From Podarcis bocagei (Eukaryota), in NCBI GenBank assembly GCA_964188305.1, contig OZ076888.1: a stretch of DNA of 64,000 bases, one strand, 5' to 3'. The stretch's first letter is position 1. Every line of letters begins with the position of its first letter. The translations under genes and the position numbers were made by a program. The notes under the pieces were generated by a model. The model was not told the DNA's origin and did no database searches. It saw nothing but the letters and a program-made list of their open reading frames with translations. This document shows, in pieces, positions 34,538-46,284 of the stretch.

Positions 34538-37500
34538 GCATAGACAGACTCCAAAGAAAAGGACACAAATTTGTACTGCTAAATTCAAGATTCTAACCGA
34601 TTTTCATGTTTGCATATTTGACTGTGCATCATTCTTTTCATGCATTTATTTGCTTTTTGCTACAACTATTCTAATTTCATACATTGGTTGCTTGGATATT
34701 ATTATTTTTTTACACCTGGAAGAAAATTCATGAGCTACATTCTTATAGCTAACCAAGCTTTTCCTCTTTAGCTGCACAATTCCGAAAGGAACAATTCGCC
34801 GTTAAATGGGTTCATCATTTCTTTTGTGTCTTCCTATGCATCACGTTTAGATACATTCCCCAAGATATGCAGGCATTCAGCCATGCTTTGCAATATGTCC
34901 TTGCAGCAGGGATATTTCATTTAGGCAAGAGGAAGAGAGGGAATAAAATCCTTGACTAGAATTTTGCTATTTTTTCTTTTAATGTTAAATTTAATTCAAT
35001 CTCTCTCTATGCTACCTCCCATGTAATCTAAATAGTTTTCTAGCTGAAAGTATCTTCCCCCCCCCTCCACGAATGGCAAGATTAATAGCCCAGTAAGTTG
35101 TGTGTTGGAGCAGTAGTTTGTTTGAGTTATTTTCTTCATACACATGGGCTACAAATGCAGTGCCTCCACGTGCTTCTTTTCCAGAACAAGGGACACATTA
35201 ATGTGATATATTTTAGCACTATAGTCTTGTCTCTTTCTCTCCCCTATCCCACCCCACTCCTAAATGATCTTAAATCTGTTTGCCTAGATCAAATGGGAAG
35301 GAGAATGTTGCACTCGGTTTCTTCAGCTCCTTCCCCATTCCTCCTCCTGACAGTGCAAGGCTTGGCCATGCCATGCCCACAGGAGGCAGAGATGTGTCTG
35401 TCTTCTAAATGGCAATTCCTTGGAGAGACTATCCATTATTAGTACATGTAGAGGACAGTAATTGGAATCCCATGTGATTAGAAAAGCACTAACAGCATTT
35501 GCTAAAGATTCCCACGCAACCTCAACTGTCATGTGTGTTCCTGATGGCCAGTCTCCCAACAAGAATTGCCATTTTATCTCCTATTCACCAGCCTTTTAAA
35601 TGTTTCAGTACAAAACCTACTATGTTACACACAGATTTTATTTCTGCAACAGCGTATCTTTTTAGTGGTTTCCCATATTCTCTTCTCCGCTTTGTTCTTT
35701 TGCATATACAGCTTTTCTCTATATACATACTTTTACTTTTTCTCTTTTCCTTGGGTTCAAGGGGGGCGGGGGAGAGACACCTGGTGTGTTATAGAATCTT
35801 GTGCCACAATTTGAAGAACCTGCTGTGAGTGGAAATGACTAAGACCATGTGGTTCATTTCCAACACAGCAGGTGTCATGAGAAAAGCAAAATGGGAGCCT
35901 GGTGCTTCCCCTCACATTCCAGCCTTTGGAGCCAGTTGGTAGCAGACAACCATTGTTAACAGCCTAAACCACCCAGTGAAAAGAGAAGGTCACATCTTTT
36001 CCGACTTAAACGTGAATCTGTGCTGGGGCAAATTGCAGACTGATGCCACACAAACTGAGCTCAGTATACTGTTTTCAAACATTTCATTGCTAACACATCT
36101 AGATTTCCAATTATACTCCATTCAGCTCACCGTAACCCAATAACTCACGTAGGAAGGTGGGAATATCACAAGCAAGCAGCATACACAAATACTATTCTTT
36201 TACAGAAGCAACGAATCTAAGGTATATTAGACCTCAAGAAAGACACCAGAATGCTAGCCAGTTGCTAGTTACTATATATAGCAGGCATGGGGAACCTGTG
36301 GTTCCGTGGATCTTGTTGAATTCCAAGTTCAACTTCCATCAGCCCCAGCCAGCATAGTCAGGGATTATAGGAATTGTAGCCAGCAATATCTGGAAACCCA
36401 CATTTTCCCCATTACTATAGAAATAATTCACAAGTACCATGTTGCTTGAAGAGAAAGGGAGTTATGCAATAAACATAATTGTAATATTCTTGCATTACAC
36501 AGTTCTCATGCACTTCTTACAAAATAGCCCCATGACCAAAGTTCTCCAGAAGAGCCACAATCCAAGGATTTCAAACATCTGTGGACTCAAAACACACACA
36601 GAGGTGAAACTAGGAAAGGCTACCTTATAGATCCTAAGATTTATCAGCGCTATTCTAGGCTGTATTTGTAGAACCCATACTACTGATTAAGTGCTTGTAT
36701 GATCTTTGTTCTGAAAGTCATTTAAGATTCTTTTCATCAAGTCAGATTAGATGGTGGATATGGTTGCTGAATAGACCTACAGCACATATGCCTTTTTCAA
36801 AGTTCTCTGTTTCCCGATTAGTCAAAACCAATTTATCCAATTAGCCCCTTATCGTACAACCACATCAACGTCTATATTCATATCTCCCCGCTTCTGTGTT
36901 GACTACAGCAGTATTGAAATTAAGTCTAATTAAGCAGACTTATGGATTCTCACTAATGGCTCTGTATATGTATAAGTACATGTTCCCCATAGCTATTTGT
37001 TCAAGGAACTCTTCATATCATTTAACTCACTTCAATTATGCATATTATAGCTCGCCTACTGATGATTTTGCATAATTATTTTTTAAATATAAGTAAATGT
37101 GACCTGCAGGATTTTCAATATTAACTTAAGATTTTAAGATATTGGTTTGGCATGCAATTTGGTTTCCGTTCTTTGAGTTGGAGATCCCCGTGAAGTTTAA
37201 TTTTAAAATTGTATGATTGGACAAGGTCAGGAAGCAGATGATATGACGACGGATCATTCTTAAATACATATTTCCAGTATATTAAATGTGCATCCAGATG
37301 ATTATGTTGTAAGCCACTTTGATAACTTATTTTACCAGGAGGGCAAAAAGTATTGAAGAAAATAAATTTTAATATATCTAAATGCAGTCTTCTTATACTG
37401 AACTAAATGATGCTGCTGCCATGAGTCCAGCTGAAGTTTGCATGGCAGAATCAATAAGGATGCTTGCCTGCTTACTACCTGCCACAAATAGAGGCAACTA

Positions 37501-38466
37501 TGTGAAGACAATCGTCTTCCTGTTAAAACCAGATGGATTCAAGGGAAACCACAGCTTGTGTTTGAAACTGTATGAAAATGCTTGGTCAGAAAACTAATCT
37601 AAGTGCCTCTTTCCAGCACCAATTAGGGCTGCTTCCCACCCACTCCCGCCCCATTTGTTGATAGAGGAGCTTTGCTTTTAACAGCTACATGGCAGATGAG
37701 AAATTAAACAGGAGGGAACTTTGCCTATAGTTGAAACACTGTTTAATTCTCCTATGCCACTGTGAACAGCACAGAGTCTCTATCAGGAAAACAGTGGCAA
37801 CCATAGGACTGAAAACCACAGAAGAGAGTGATGCCATCCAAAAGCGATGTGAATAAAGATTTTATTCTCTTTTTCTGCAAGATATTCCCCTGAAAGGCTA
37901 TATATGTGCATTGGGGATTTGAATATTTCTGTTAACTTTCTGTTGTGTTGTTTTTTGTAGGGCCAGCATGTGTGAGGTAAGAATCAAGAAATTGCTCATC
38001 CTCTCCTTCTGATACCTGTACAAATTGCATCAGAATTACAATGGTAACATGAAAAGGAGCCACTGCTCAGGTCTTTTACAGAATAGCTGCAAGGTAACAT
38101 GTAGACTACAATGTACTCTTTTCAGCAATATCATGTTTCTGAAATGTAGGTCAGTTTTATTAATAAAATGGAGTACTGGAAATTAAATGTTCTTCTGATA
38201 AAAAAATACCAGGTTGCCATAGAGCACCTAAGAAGGTTCAGCCCTTTGTTCTGCTAGTCAGTTCGGCTCTTCTACATAAGTTTTTCAAAAGTAAATCTTC
38301 AAGCACAACCCTATCCTTGATTTATAACTTCTTGATGAGGATAGCGTAGCTGTAGTGGTGGAGCCACTGGTATGATGATGAGATGGATCTATGCTGGCAT
38401 AACCAGGGTGAAACATTGATGCAAGAGTAGCATGACAAGACTGGCATATAGGGGAACAGTTTGGAG

Positions 38467-38599
38467 CAGTTTCCCAAACTTGGGTCCCCAGCTGATTATG
38501 GACTATAATTCCCATCATCCCTGGTCACTGATCCTGCTAGCTAGGGGTGATGAGTTGGTAGTCCAAAAACACCTGGAGACCCAAGTTTGGGAAACCCTA
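38467..38599. mobile_element. palindromic hAT-type MITE
   Basis: TTTCCCAAACTTGGGTC/GACCCAAGTTTGGGAAA inverted ends; 8-bp TSD GTTTGGAG/GTTTAGAG. Confidence 0.8.
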
Positions 38600-39341
38600 G
38601 TTTAGAGGGTTGCAGATGAGGCAAGGAAGCAAGGGACTTAGGAGGAATCCAAAGCTCATTCAGAGGTTGGGTCCTAGCCTCAATTATGGCATAATGCTAT
38701 TCCAGAAAAGAAGACAACTTTAAGTTAAACACACCTTTTGAAGCTAAAAATCCAGACTGATTGCCCCTTGCCTCCTTTCTCTCAAAAGCCACAACAGAAG
38801 ATAGAATTCAGACCTACTCTGACCTAGTCATGCCATACCAACAATGGAATAGATGTCTTAGCCATAGGATACACACCTCAGATGTCAATTCATGTGATAA
38901 TAACAACCTGTCACAATGTTTAAAGAACTCAGATTGTACAAGCAGGAAATTGGGTGAAAACACACTTTGTCCAGGACTTTTTTTTTTTTTTTAAGTAGCT
39001 GTTCTGATCCAGGAGCTGACTCTAGTAGAGAAAGGTGAAACAATGTAGAAGTGGCTGAAATATTCAGAACAAGCGGTTCCACGGGGAGCCGGACCAAGTG
39101 AAGAATGCTGCATTAGAAACAGACTATCCCTGACAAAGTCTTTAAAAAGGCTGCCACTCAATCCAGAAAGTTATCTCCAGCATGCAGTGGGTAAAGTTCC
39201 TCTGTTTAACGGGGACTTCCTATACGTGCTTAGGGCAAAGACTCTGGTTTGCTGGGACTTCTGGGCTAGCAGCCTCAAGGTCAGAGAGCATCAATGCAAC
39301 TTTCTCAGGTCACAGATGTGTTGGCAGAATAGCCTCATCAT

Positions 39342-41840
39342 TCTCAAGGGCCACAAAATGAAGAGGATATAGATAAATTCCTTAATAAATATGGATTACA
39401 AAAAATCTCTCATCAAAGCAAGGTGGATTTAAACCAGAGAATAACAGAACAAGAGATAGAGGGTGCCATTCAAGACATGCAACTGGGCAAATCTCCAGGG
39501 CCAGATGGACTGACTTCCAGATATTACAAATCTTTGAAGGAGTGGTTGGTTTATCCGTTAAAGGAAGTCTGTAACGAGATTTTAGAGGGGAAAAAGGCAC
39601 CAGAATCGTGGAAAGAAGCGTATATTTCACTCATACCAAAGACAGAGACTGAAAAGACTCAACTTAAGAACTACCGCCCAATATCATTACTTAATGTGGA
39701 TTACAAAATTTTTGCACACATTTTGGCAAAAAGATTTAAAAGAGTGTTGATGGAGAAGATTCATAGGGATCAAGCAGGCTTTCTCCCAAAAAGGCACCTA
39801 TCAGACAATGTAAGGAATATAATAGACATTTTGGAATTGCTAGAGGTGAAAATAAACACTAAAGCAGTGCTGATCTTTGTGGACGCGGAGAAAGCCTTTG
39901 ACAATATTTCTTGGAGTTTTATGAAAAAGAATCTTCATGGGATGGGGGTAGGCCAAGGATTTGAGAACGGTATGGGTGCGATATACTCTGAACAAAAAGC
40001 CAAGCTGATTGTAAATAATGTGATAACTGAGGAACTTAAGATAGAAAAAGGAACACGACAGGGATGCCCAATTTCCCCATTGCTCTTTATTTCTGTCCTG
40101 CAGGTGTTGCTGAATATGATTAGAAATGACCAGCAGGTTAAAGGTGTACAGGTCGGAGCTAAACATTATAAGTTAAGGGCATTCGCAGATGACTTAGTAT
40201 TGACCCTACAAGAGCCAAACACTAGTACGAGAAGGGTGTTGGAGATAATTCAACAATTTGGCCAGGTAGCTGGATTCAAACTGAACAAACAAAAAACTAA
40301 AGTCTTAGGAAAAAATTTGACAGTCATGGAGAAGGAGAAATTTCAAGAAGAGACAGGTTTGACAGTGGTCAAGAAGGTGAAATACCGAGGGGTTTATTTG
40401 ACATCTAAAAATTTGAATTTGTATAAGGACAACTATGAAAAATGCTGGTTAGAAATTAAAAAAGATCTGGAAATATGGTCAAATTTGAAACTGTCAATGT
40501 TAGGCCGAATTGCAGTTATTAAGATGAATGTATTGCCTAGAATGTTATTTTTGTTTCAAACCTTACAGATTCTTGACAAGATGGACTGTTTCAAGAGGTG
40601 GCAGAAGGATATTTCGAAATTTGTCTGGCAGGGCAAAAAGCCCAGAATTAAATTCAAGATACTGACAGATGCCAAAGAAAGAGGGGGATTTGCCCTGCCG
40701 GATTTAAAATTGTACTATGAAGCAGCTGCGTTTTGCTGGCTGAAAGAGTGGATGCTCCTCGAGAACACAGACATGCTGGATTTGGAAGGGTTTAATAATG
40801 CATTTGGTTGGCATGCATATTTATGGTATGATAAAATCAAGGTGCATAGGGCCTTTAAAAACCATATTGTCAGAAAAGCATTGTTTAATGTTTGGATAAG
40901 ATACAAAGATTTGTTGGAAAACAAAACCCCTAGATGGTTGTCACCCTTGGAGGCTAAGGCATTGAAGAAACTCAATATGGAGGCCGGATGGCCAAAGTAT
41001 TGGGAAATTCTGGAACAGGATGGAGATAAATTGAAATTACAGAGTCATGAGAAATTGAAATCTAAATTACAAGACTGGCTTCAATATTTCCAAATAATGG
41101 AAGTTTTTAAACAGGACAGGAAAATTGGCTTTCAGGTGGAAAAATCAAAATTAGAGACTGAACTGTTAGAATCCAATACTAAGAACTTGTCAAGAATGTA
41201 TAATTTGCTGCTGAAATGGAACACACAAGACGAAACAGTTAAATCAGCTATGATTAAGTGGGCACAGGACATTGGTCATAACATTATGTTTGCTGACTGG
41301 GAATGGTTGTGGAACACCGGTATCAAATTTACGGCATGTAATGCCTTAAAGGAAAATATTATGAAAATGATTTACAGGTGGTACATGACCCCAGTCAAGC
41401 TAGCAAAAATTTACCATTTGCCTGATAATAAGTGTTGGAAATGTAAAGAAACTGAAGGTACTTTCTATCACCTTTGGTGGACATGCCCGAAGATTAAGGC
41501 TTTCTGGGAAATGATATATAATGAAATGAAAAAGGTACTTAAATGCACTTTCCCTAAAAAACCAGAGGCCTTTCTCTTGGGCATTGTCAGCCAATTGGTG
41601 TCAAAGAAGGACAGAACTTTCTTTATGTATGCTACAACAGCAGCAAGAATACTCATCGCAAAGTATTGGAAGACACAAGATCTACCCACCCTGGAAGAAT
41701 GGCAGATGAAAGTGATGGACTATATGACATTAGCCGAGATGACCGGCAGAATCCGCGACCAGGGAAAGGAGACGGCGGAAGAAGAATGGAAGAAATTTAA
41801 AATCTACCTTAAGGACTACTATAAACTTGCTGAATGTTAG
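39342..41840 (+). pseudogene. truncated L1 ORF2 (RT and C-terminal region, still open, no endonuclease domain)
   Basis: The frame is open from the junction to TAG; RT motifs present, but YLG is changed to YRG. Confidence 0.9.
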
Positions 41841-42110
41841 AATGTCGAGGTTTTGAGTAAGAAAGGGTTACAGCGATACAAGACTAGACTAAAGGAAAGA
41901 TTAAGAGGACAGAGGACTGACAGAAATATTTAGAGTTGCTAAAAACTTTTGGACATTGGGATGCAGAAAGGGGAGGTATGGGGGAGTCTGAGAAACATGG
42001 TTTACGGGGGAAAAAAGGTTATGAAACTATACGTGTGTGTATGTCTTTTTATATGTTTGTATTGTTTTAAAAACTTTGTAAAATCAATAAAAAAATTTAT
42101 ATATAAAAAA
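39342..42110 (+). mobile_element. L1-clade LINE, 5'-truncated within ORF2
   Basis: 16-bp TSD AGAATAGCCTCATCAT at 39326-39341 and 42111-42126; collinear with 29862-32621. Confidence 0.97.
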
Positions 42111-42290
42111 AGAATAGCCTCATCATGTACTGCAGTTTCTGGAGACCACTGTGGTTAGCCCTGTGAGCAATTCCCTCTCGGCCTTCAATTCTTCCTCCAA
42201 GCCCAAGGCTCCATCCCCCAAGGTCATGATGCTGCTTAAGTAATTTGCCTTTCCTTGTGCATTGTTTGATGCTCTCTGTGCATAGATATG

Positions 42291-42391
42291 CATGAGTTTG
42301 ACCAAACTGCAGGAGGCAGTGGAAGACAGGAGTGCCTGGCGTGCTCTGGTCCATGGGGTCACAAAGAGTAGGACATGACTAAACAACTAAA
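42291..42391 (+). mobile_element. BovB/RTE LINE 3' end
   Basis: CATGAGTTTGACCAAACTGCAGGAGGCAGTGGAAGACAGGAGTGCCTGGCGTGCTCTGGTCCATGGGGTCACAAAGAGTAGGACATGACTAAACAACTAAA. Confidence 0.85.
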
Positions 42392-43410
42392 ATGCATAGG
42401 TAATGGGCAGGTTTTGTGGGTGCCCTGTGCTGCTATTGGTGATAGCAGTGTTCCTATACATGTGTGTTTTGCTATGTTACGCCTTGTTTCTAACCATGGC
42501 TTTTTTGTTTTTGCTTTCTTTGTTTACATTTTGTTGGTGGCCACCATTGCATTGGGAGTGTAGCATGGCACTGCTAAATCTCATCACCAAAAGTTAATTC
42601 AGCATCACAGGTGGATTTGTAAAAGCCACCCAAAAGCTCAAGTGCCACTTAGCTCTCCTTAGACACCTGAAAAGCACTTGGGTGCTTTCTAACCATTAGC
42701 AGGCATCTTTTTTCTAAAAATTCTGAAAGCTTAAGGTTCCACTCTTTAACCACTTAGCCCACATTAGAGCTACTAGAACAGAATTACTCTGCTCCGTGTT
42801 ATTAAGATTACAGCTCAAAAATGCATTCCTGGTGCCACCAGAGTCATGCAGAAAAAATCCAATACAATTTTAATAGGGTTCACATTTCATTGCAGTAAGA
42901 GGAAGCAGAATTTTCTAGGACTTTTTCTATAAACAGCTAAGAAACGGTTTTTAAAAATGTTTTTCCATATTGTGTGTGTACCCCAGTCTCTGAGCAGTGA
43001 GAGACTCCAGGGGTCCTAGCATGTACCCAGGGTTTAGTTTCCTTGGAATGAAGCTCAAGGGTGTATTTAGTATATATGGTTTTATTTACACACATATACA
43101 ACTTGACCATAGGATAGGGGGGCTCACAATATTAATACTCCAACAGATTTTGCCCCCCTATTAGGTCCCTAGGGAACCCCTCCTTCCCCCCAAAGGCATA
43201 TCTTTGGATTCAGCATAGCTGAGAGAGTCAAGCTTCTCTCTCCAGCTCTTTCCAAAGCTCACATACCCAGTTCACCAGGTCAAATGTGGAATTAGGAATT
43301 AGGAGGTAAGTGGCAGCCACATTTGTAGGATATTGTTATAGGTTTGGGGGATTAGTCTAGATCATATCTCTGGGTCCCTTCCAGGTCTATGATTCTGTGT
43401 CTGTGTCATT

Positions 43411-43500
43411 AGAATCAACCCTCTGCAATGCAGGAATCTTTTTATCCAACATGGGGCTCAAACCCATGACCTTGAGATAAGTCTCATGCTCCCCCAACTA
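43411..43500 (-). mobile_element. tRNA-Lys-derived SINE with CR1-type tail, degenerate; tail-to-tail with a CR1 3' end at about 43340-43398
   Basis: Minus strand GAGCATGAGACTTATCTCAAGGTCATGGGTTTGAGCCCCATGTTGG then AAAAGATTCCTGCATTGCAGAGGGTTG. Confidence 0.65.
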
Positions 43501-43631
43501 TATGTGCAGATACATATACTTCTCCATTGTTGGACAAAGGCCGACAAGAGGTTTGAGGGGAATGCCAACATTCCTCTATGCACCTCAGCCTTCTTGGACA
43601 TTAACAACAAAAGATAGTTTATCAACATTAT

Positions 43632-43761
43632 CAAAAGGGCTTTTTCTTTGGCCAGAACTCAGATCTGGCACCTCTCAGGTGGGTACCATTGTCATCATAA
43701 GAGAACAAGGGAGGTGTTCATGGTGATGTCCGGCACCTCTTTTTCTAGAAAAATAGCCCTG
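43632..43761. mobile_element. hAT-type MITE, same family as 13994-14130
   Basis: Reverse-complement match to 13994-14130; ends AGGGCTTTTT...AAAATAGCCCTG. Confidence 0.75.
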
Positions 43762-44229
43762 ATAATTATCAACAATATGAATGACTGCCATCACCTCATT
43801 TCTGATGCACAATGTAAAACGTACACAATCCTACATGCATTTCCATTTTATGTCCATTAATTACGCCTCCCTTTCCGCTCTATCCAAGCTCTCACTTTGC
43901 CCTCAGGCAGTAAGTCCATCCATTCCTAATTACTATGCACACCTATGGAATTGTGCTTGGATGGCATTATCAACAGAGAAAGAGATTAGAAAAATATGGG
44001 CAGAGAACTACCTGCCCTAAGACTCGTAAATCTCCCACAGCTGTTGCTCCCTGGGACGCATCTTTCCCCAATCTACCTCAGCAGCCTTGCCCAACTCTAA
44101 TGCTGTGCATCGTCACTCTGCAGGTCCTTTTGCAATCACTTCAAAAGCATCCAGAAGTGAACACTGGGCTAGAAGTAGCATTAGGCGTGGGCTTTCATGA
44201 CAGATACATTATTTAAGTCTCCCTGTTGG

Positions 44230-44303
44230 AGATATGAAAAGAGCCCTGCTGGATCAGAGCAAAGGCTTGCATAGCACAGTATTCTGTTCTCACAGTGGCC
44301 AGT
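44230..44303 (-). mobile_element. CR1-type 3' end fragment
   Basis: AAGAGCCCTGCTGGATCAGAGCAAAGG...ATTCTGTTCTCACAGTGGCCA. Confidence 0.55.
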
Positions 44304-44741
44304 CCTTTTACTTCCTCATTTCCCAAACAGAAGACTTGGCATGCAAAAGGATTTTGCTCAACCATTTGGCGTGAACCTCCACAATCTGCAGCCAACAGAT
44401 CATGCTCAGATTGGAACACAGACATGCAAATTAGAGAGCTCATCTGCAAATCTTTCCAAGTATATCTCACTCCTGATGAAAGGTTTGGTTTATTATTATT
44501 ATTAAGTGATCTGAGGACTTCCTGGCTCTTCTTTATTTTTTAGAATCACTTCTAAATACTTGCAGCCGCTACAAAGTGTGGCGCTTGCTGTGCTCACTGG
44601 AAAGTTTTGAGTGAAAAGCCCCCAGAAGTGGCAGTACATTGTGAATGCCATCACGTCCTGTGATATTGTATGGGGGAATGATGGCTGCCCCATGTTTGGA
44701 GGAAGCTTTGTTCACAACATCCCTGTAAGGTTGACAGTGCA

Positions 44742-45046
44742 CAGGGCTGGATTAGCCATTAAGCAAAATAAGCACGCGCTTAGGGTGTCAAGGGAAGGGA
44801 GCACCACAGAAGTTTTCCATTGCTGGATTTACCATGGGTCATATGGTGCAACTAAACAAAAATAAACATTATTTATACAAATATACAAAAATAAACACTA
44901 TATTCCATCTTACTGTAGATTTTGTTCCATTTTGAAAAAATGTTTTTTTACAGTTTCTTATTGATTATATTTTAAATTAGATGTATATGAGGGCACCAAA
45001 ATCTTTTAAGTGCTTAGGGCCTCTTATTGATCTTAATCCAGCCCTG
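44742..45046. mobile_element. hAT-like MITE with 13-bp TIR CAGGGCTGGATTA
   Basis: CAGGGCTGGATTA...TAATCCAGCCCTG; TSD not convincing. Confidence 0.7.
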
Positions 45047-46167
45047 CCAATTAAACATATAGATTGACCTCCTCCAGATTACAACTCCTATTAGTCCCAG
45101 CCAGCATGGTGAAGCTGACTGGGGCGGATGGGAGTTACAGGGCAAAACGTATATAGGGCAACAGGCTGGAGAAGACTAGTCTAGATTTAGGAAATTACTT
45201 GACACTCCAAAGTTATTCAAAATCTGACGTATGTACTGATGCTTCACTGGTAAGGCAAAAAGTTCAGAAAATCTGTTCTGAATTGCCCGATAAATACATG
45301 AGCCTCTAAACTGTCTTAGGAGAACGCAACATTAAAATGAATTGAAAGCAAGGAACAGATGCACACAGAGCTGGAATTAGCTTGTGTTAAAAATTAAGTA
45401 AAGTAAAGTGGAGGGGGGAGGAGAAAGGAAAGAAGGCGGTATGATCGAAACATGAGGAAAAGCAGCAAATGTGAACCAAATCACCATAAATGTCAGTCTC
45501 TCAAAGTACACACCTGTTCTCTCCACCCACCCCTGCTGAGCACATGAAAAAACCAATTTCAAAAGACTGTAGTGAATATGAAAATTACAGGCCCATCCAT
45601 CACCATTATTCCCTCTATAGAAACAACGGCTGAAAAGGGAACAGAATAAACACATTAAACCTTTTTTATTATTTGAAAAGACACATTTTCTACAGACTCA
45701 GGCTTACGCTGAATCATCAAGGGCAACAATAACTTGGAACTGGCAAGTAATGTTTTAATGCCGCGAGGGCCTGCATTGGTGGGGGGGGGGACGGACAGGG
45801 CGGGGCATCTTGCATTTTATATAGTAATAGTATCTGTCTCAAACAGGTATCACCCAATAACCTTGCTATATGTCTCAGTGAAGACCTATCACACAGCAAT
45901 GACAACGCTCTAAGTGTTGAATGAAACAACCTAGAAACACCTTAAATTAGTGTTACATTTTCTTTGACCAAAACGTTGTTCCTAATTAAAGTACAGGAAG
46001 CAGGTTCAAAGCTAGCCTTTGTCCACCCGCATATCGGTAGCACAGAAAATGTTTCAGATGCTAAACGAGTCTAAATGGAGACACTCCATGCACCAATAAA
46101 ATGGAAATAGTAAGTGGGTTGGCTGTTGAACCTAAATATTACAGTTCACATAAAGTCACAGTATACA

Positions 46168-46284
46168 CCCCTATTTTCATTGGAGAAATGTTGGAGGAGA
46201 CATATTTATTTTCATTGGAGAAATGTTGGAGGGTATGGAATAGGATGTCCCTATTTTCATCAGAGAATTGTTGGAGGGTATGCA
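46168..46284 (+). repeat. three tandem copies of the composite element's subterminal unit
   Basis: TATTTTCATTGGAGAAATGTTGGAGG x3 (third copy degenerate), ending GGGTATGCAG as at 1195 and 2920. Confidence 0.8.

Noticed and set aside
29080-41689. Antisense and alternate-frame ORFs inside the L1 copies (likewise inside the L2)
   Set aside because: Shadow frames with no recognisable motifs.
42970-43270. Possible minus-strand solo LTR
   Set aside because: Only a TG start and a reverse AATAAA; no matching end or TSD found.
43440-43500. Possible tRNA-Lys gene (also tRNA-like heads at 1-115 and in the Sauria SINEs)
   Set aside because: Degenerate cloverleaf fused to LINE-type tails; these are SINE heads, not tRNA genes.
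46168-46284. Repeat-spacer-like pattern resembling a CRISPR array
   Set aside because: Vertebrate DNA, very short unequal spacers, no cas genes, and the unit belongs to a transposon end.
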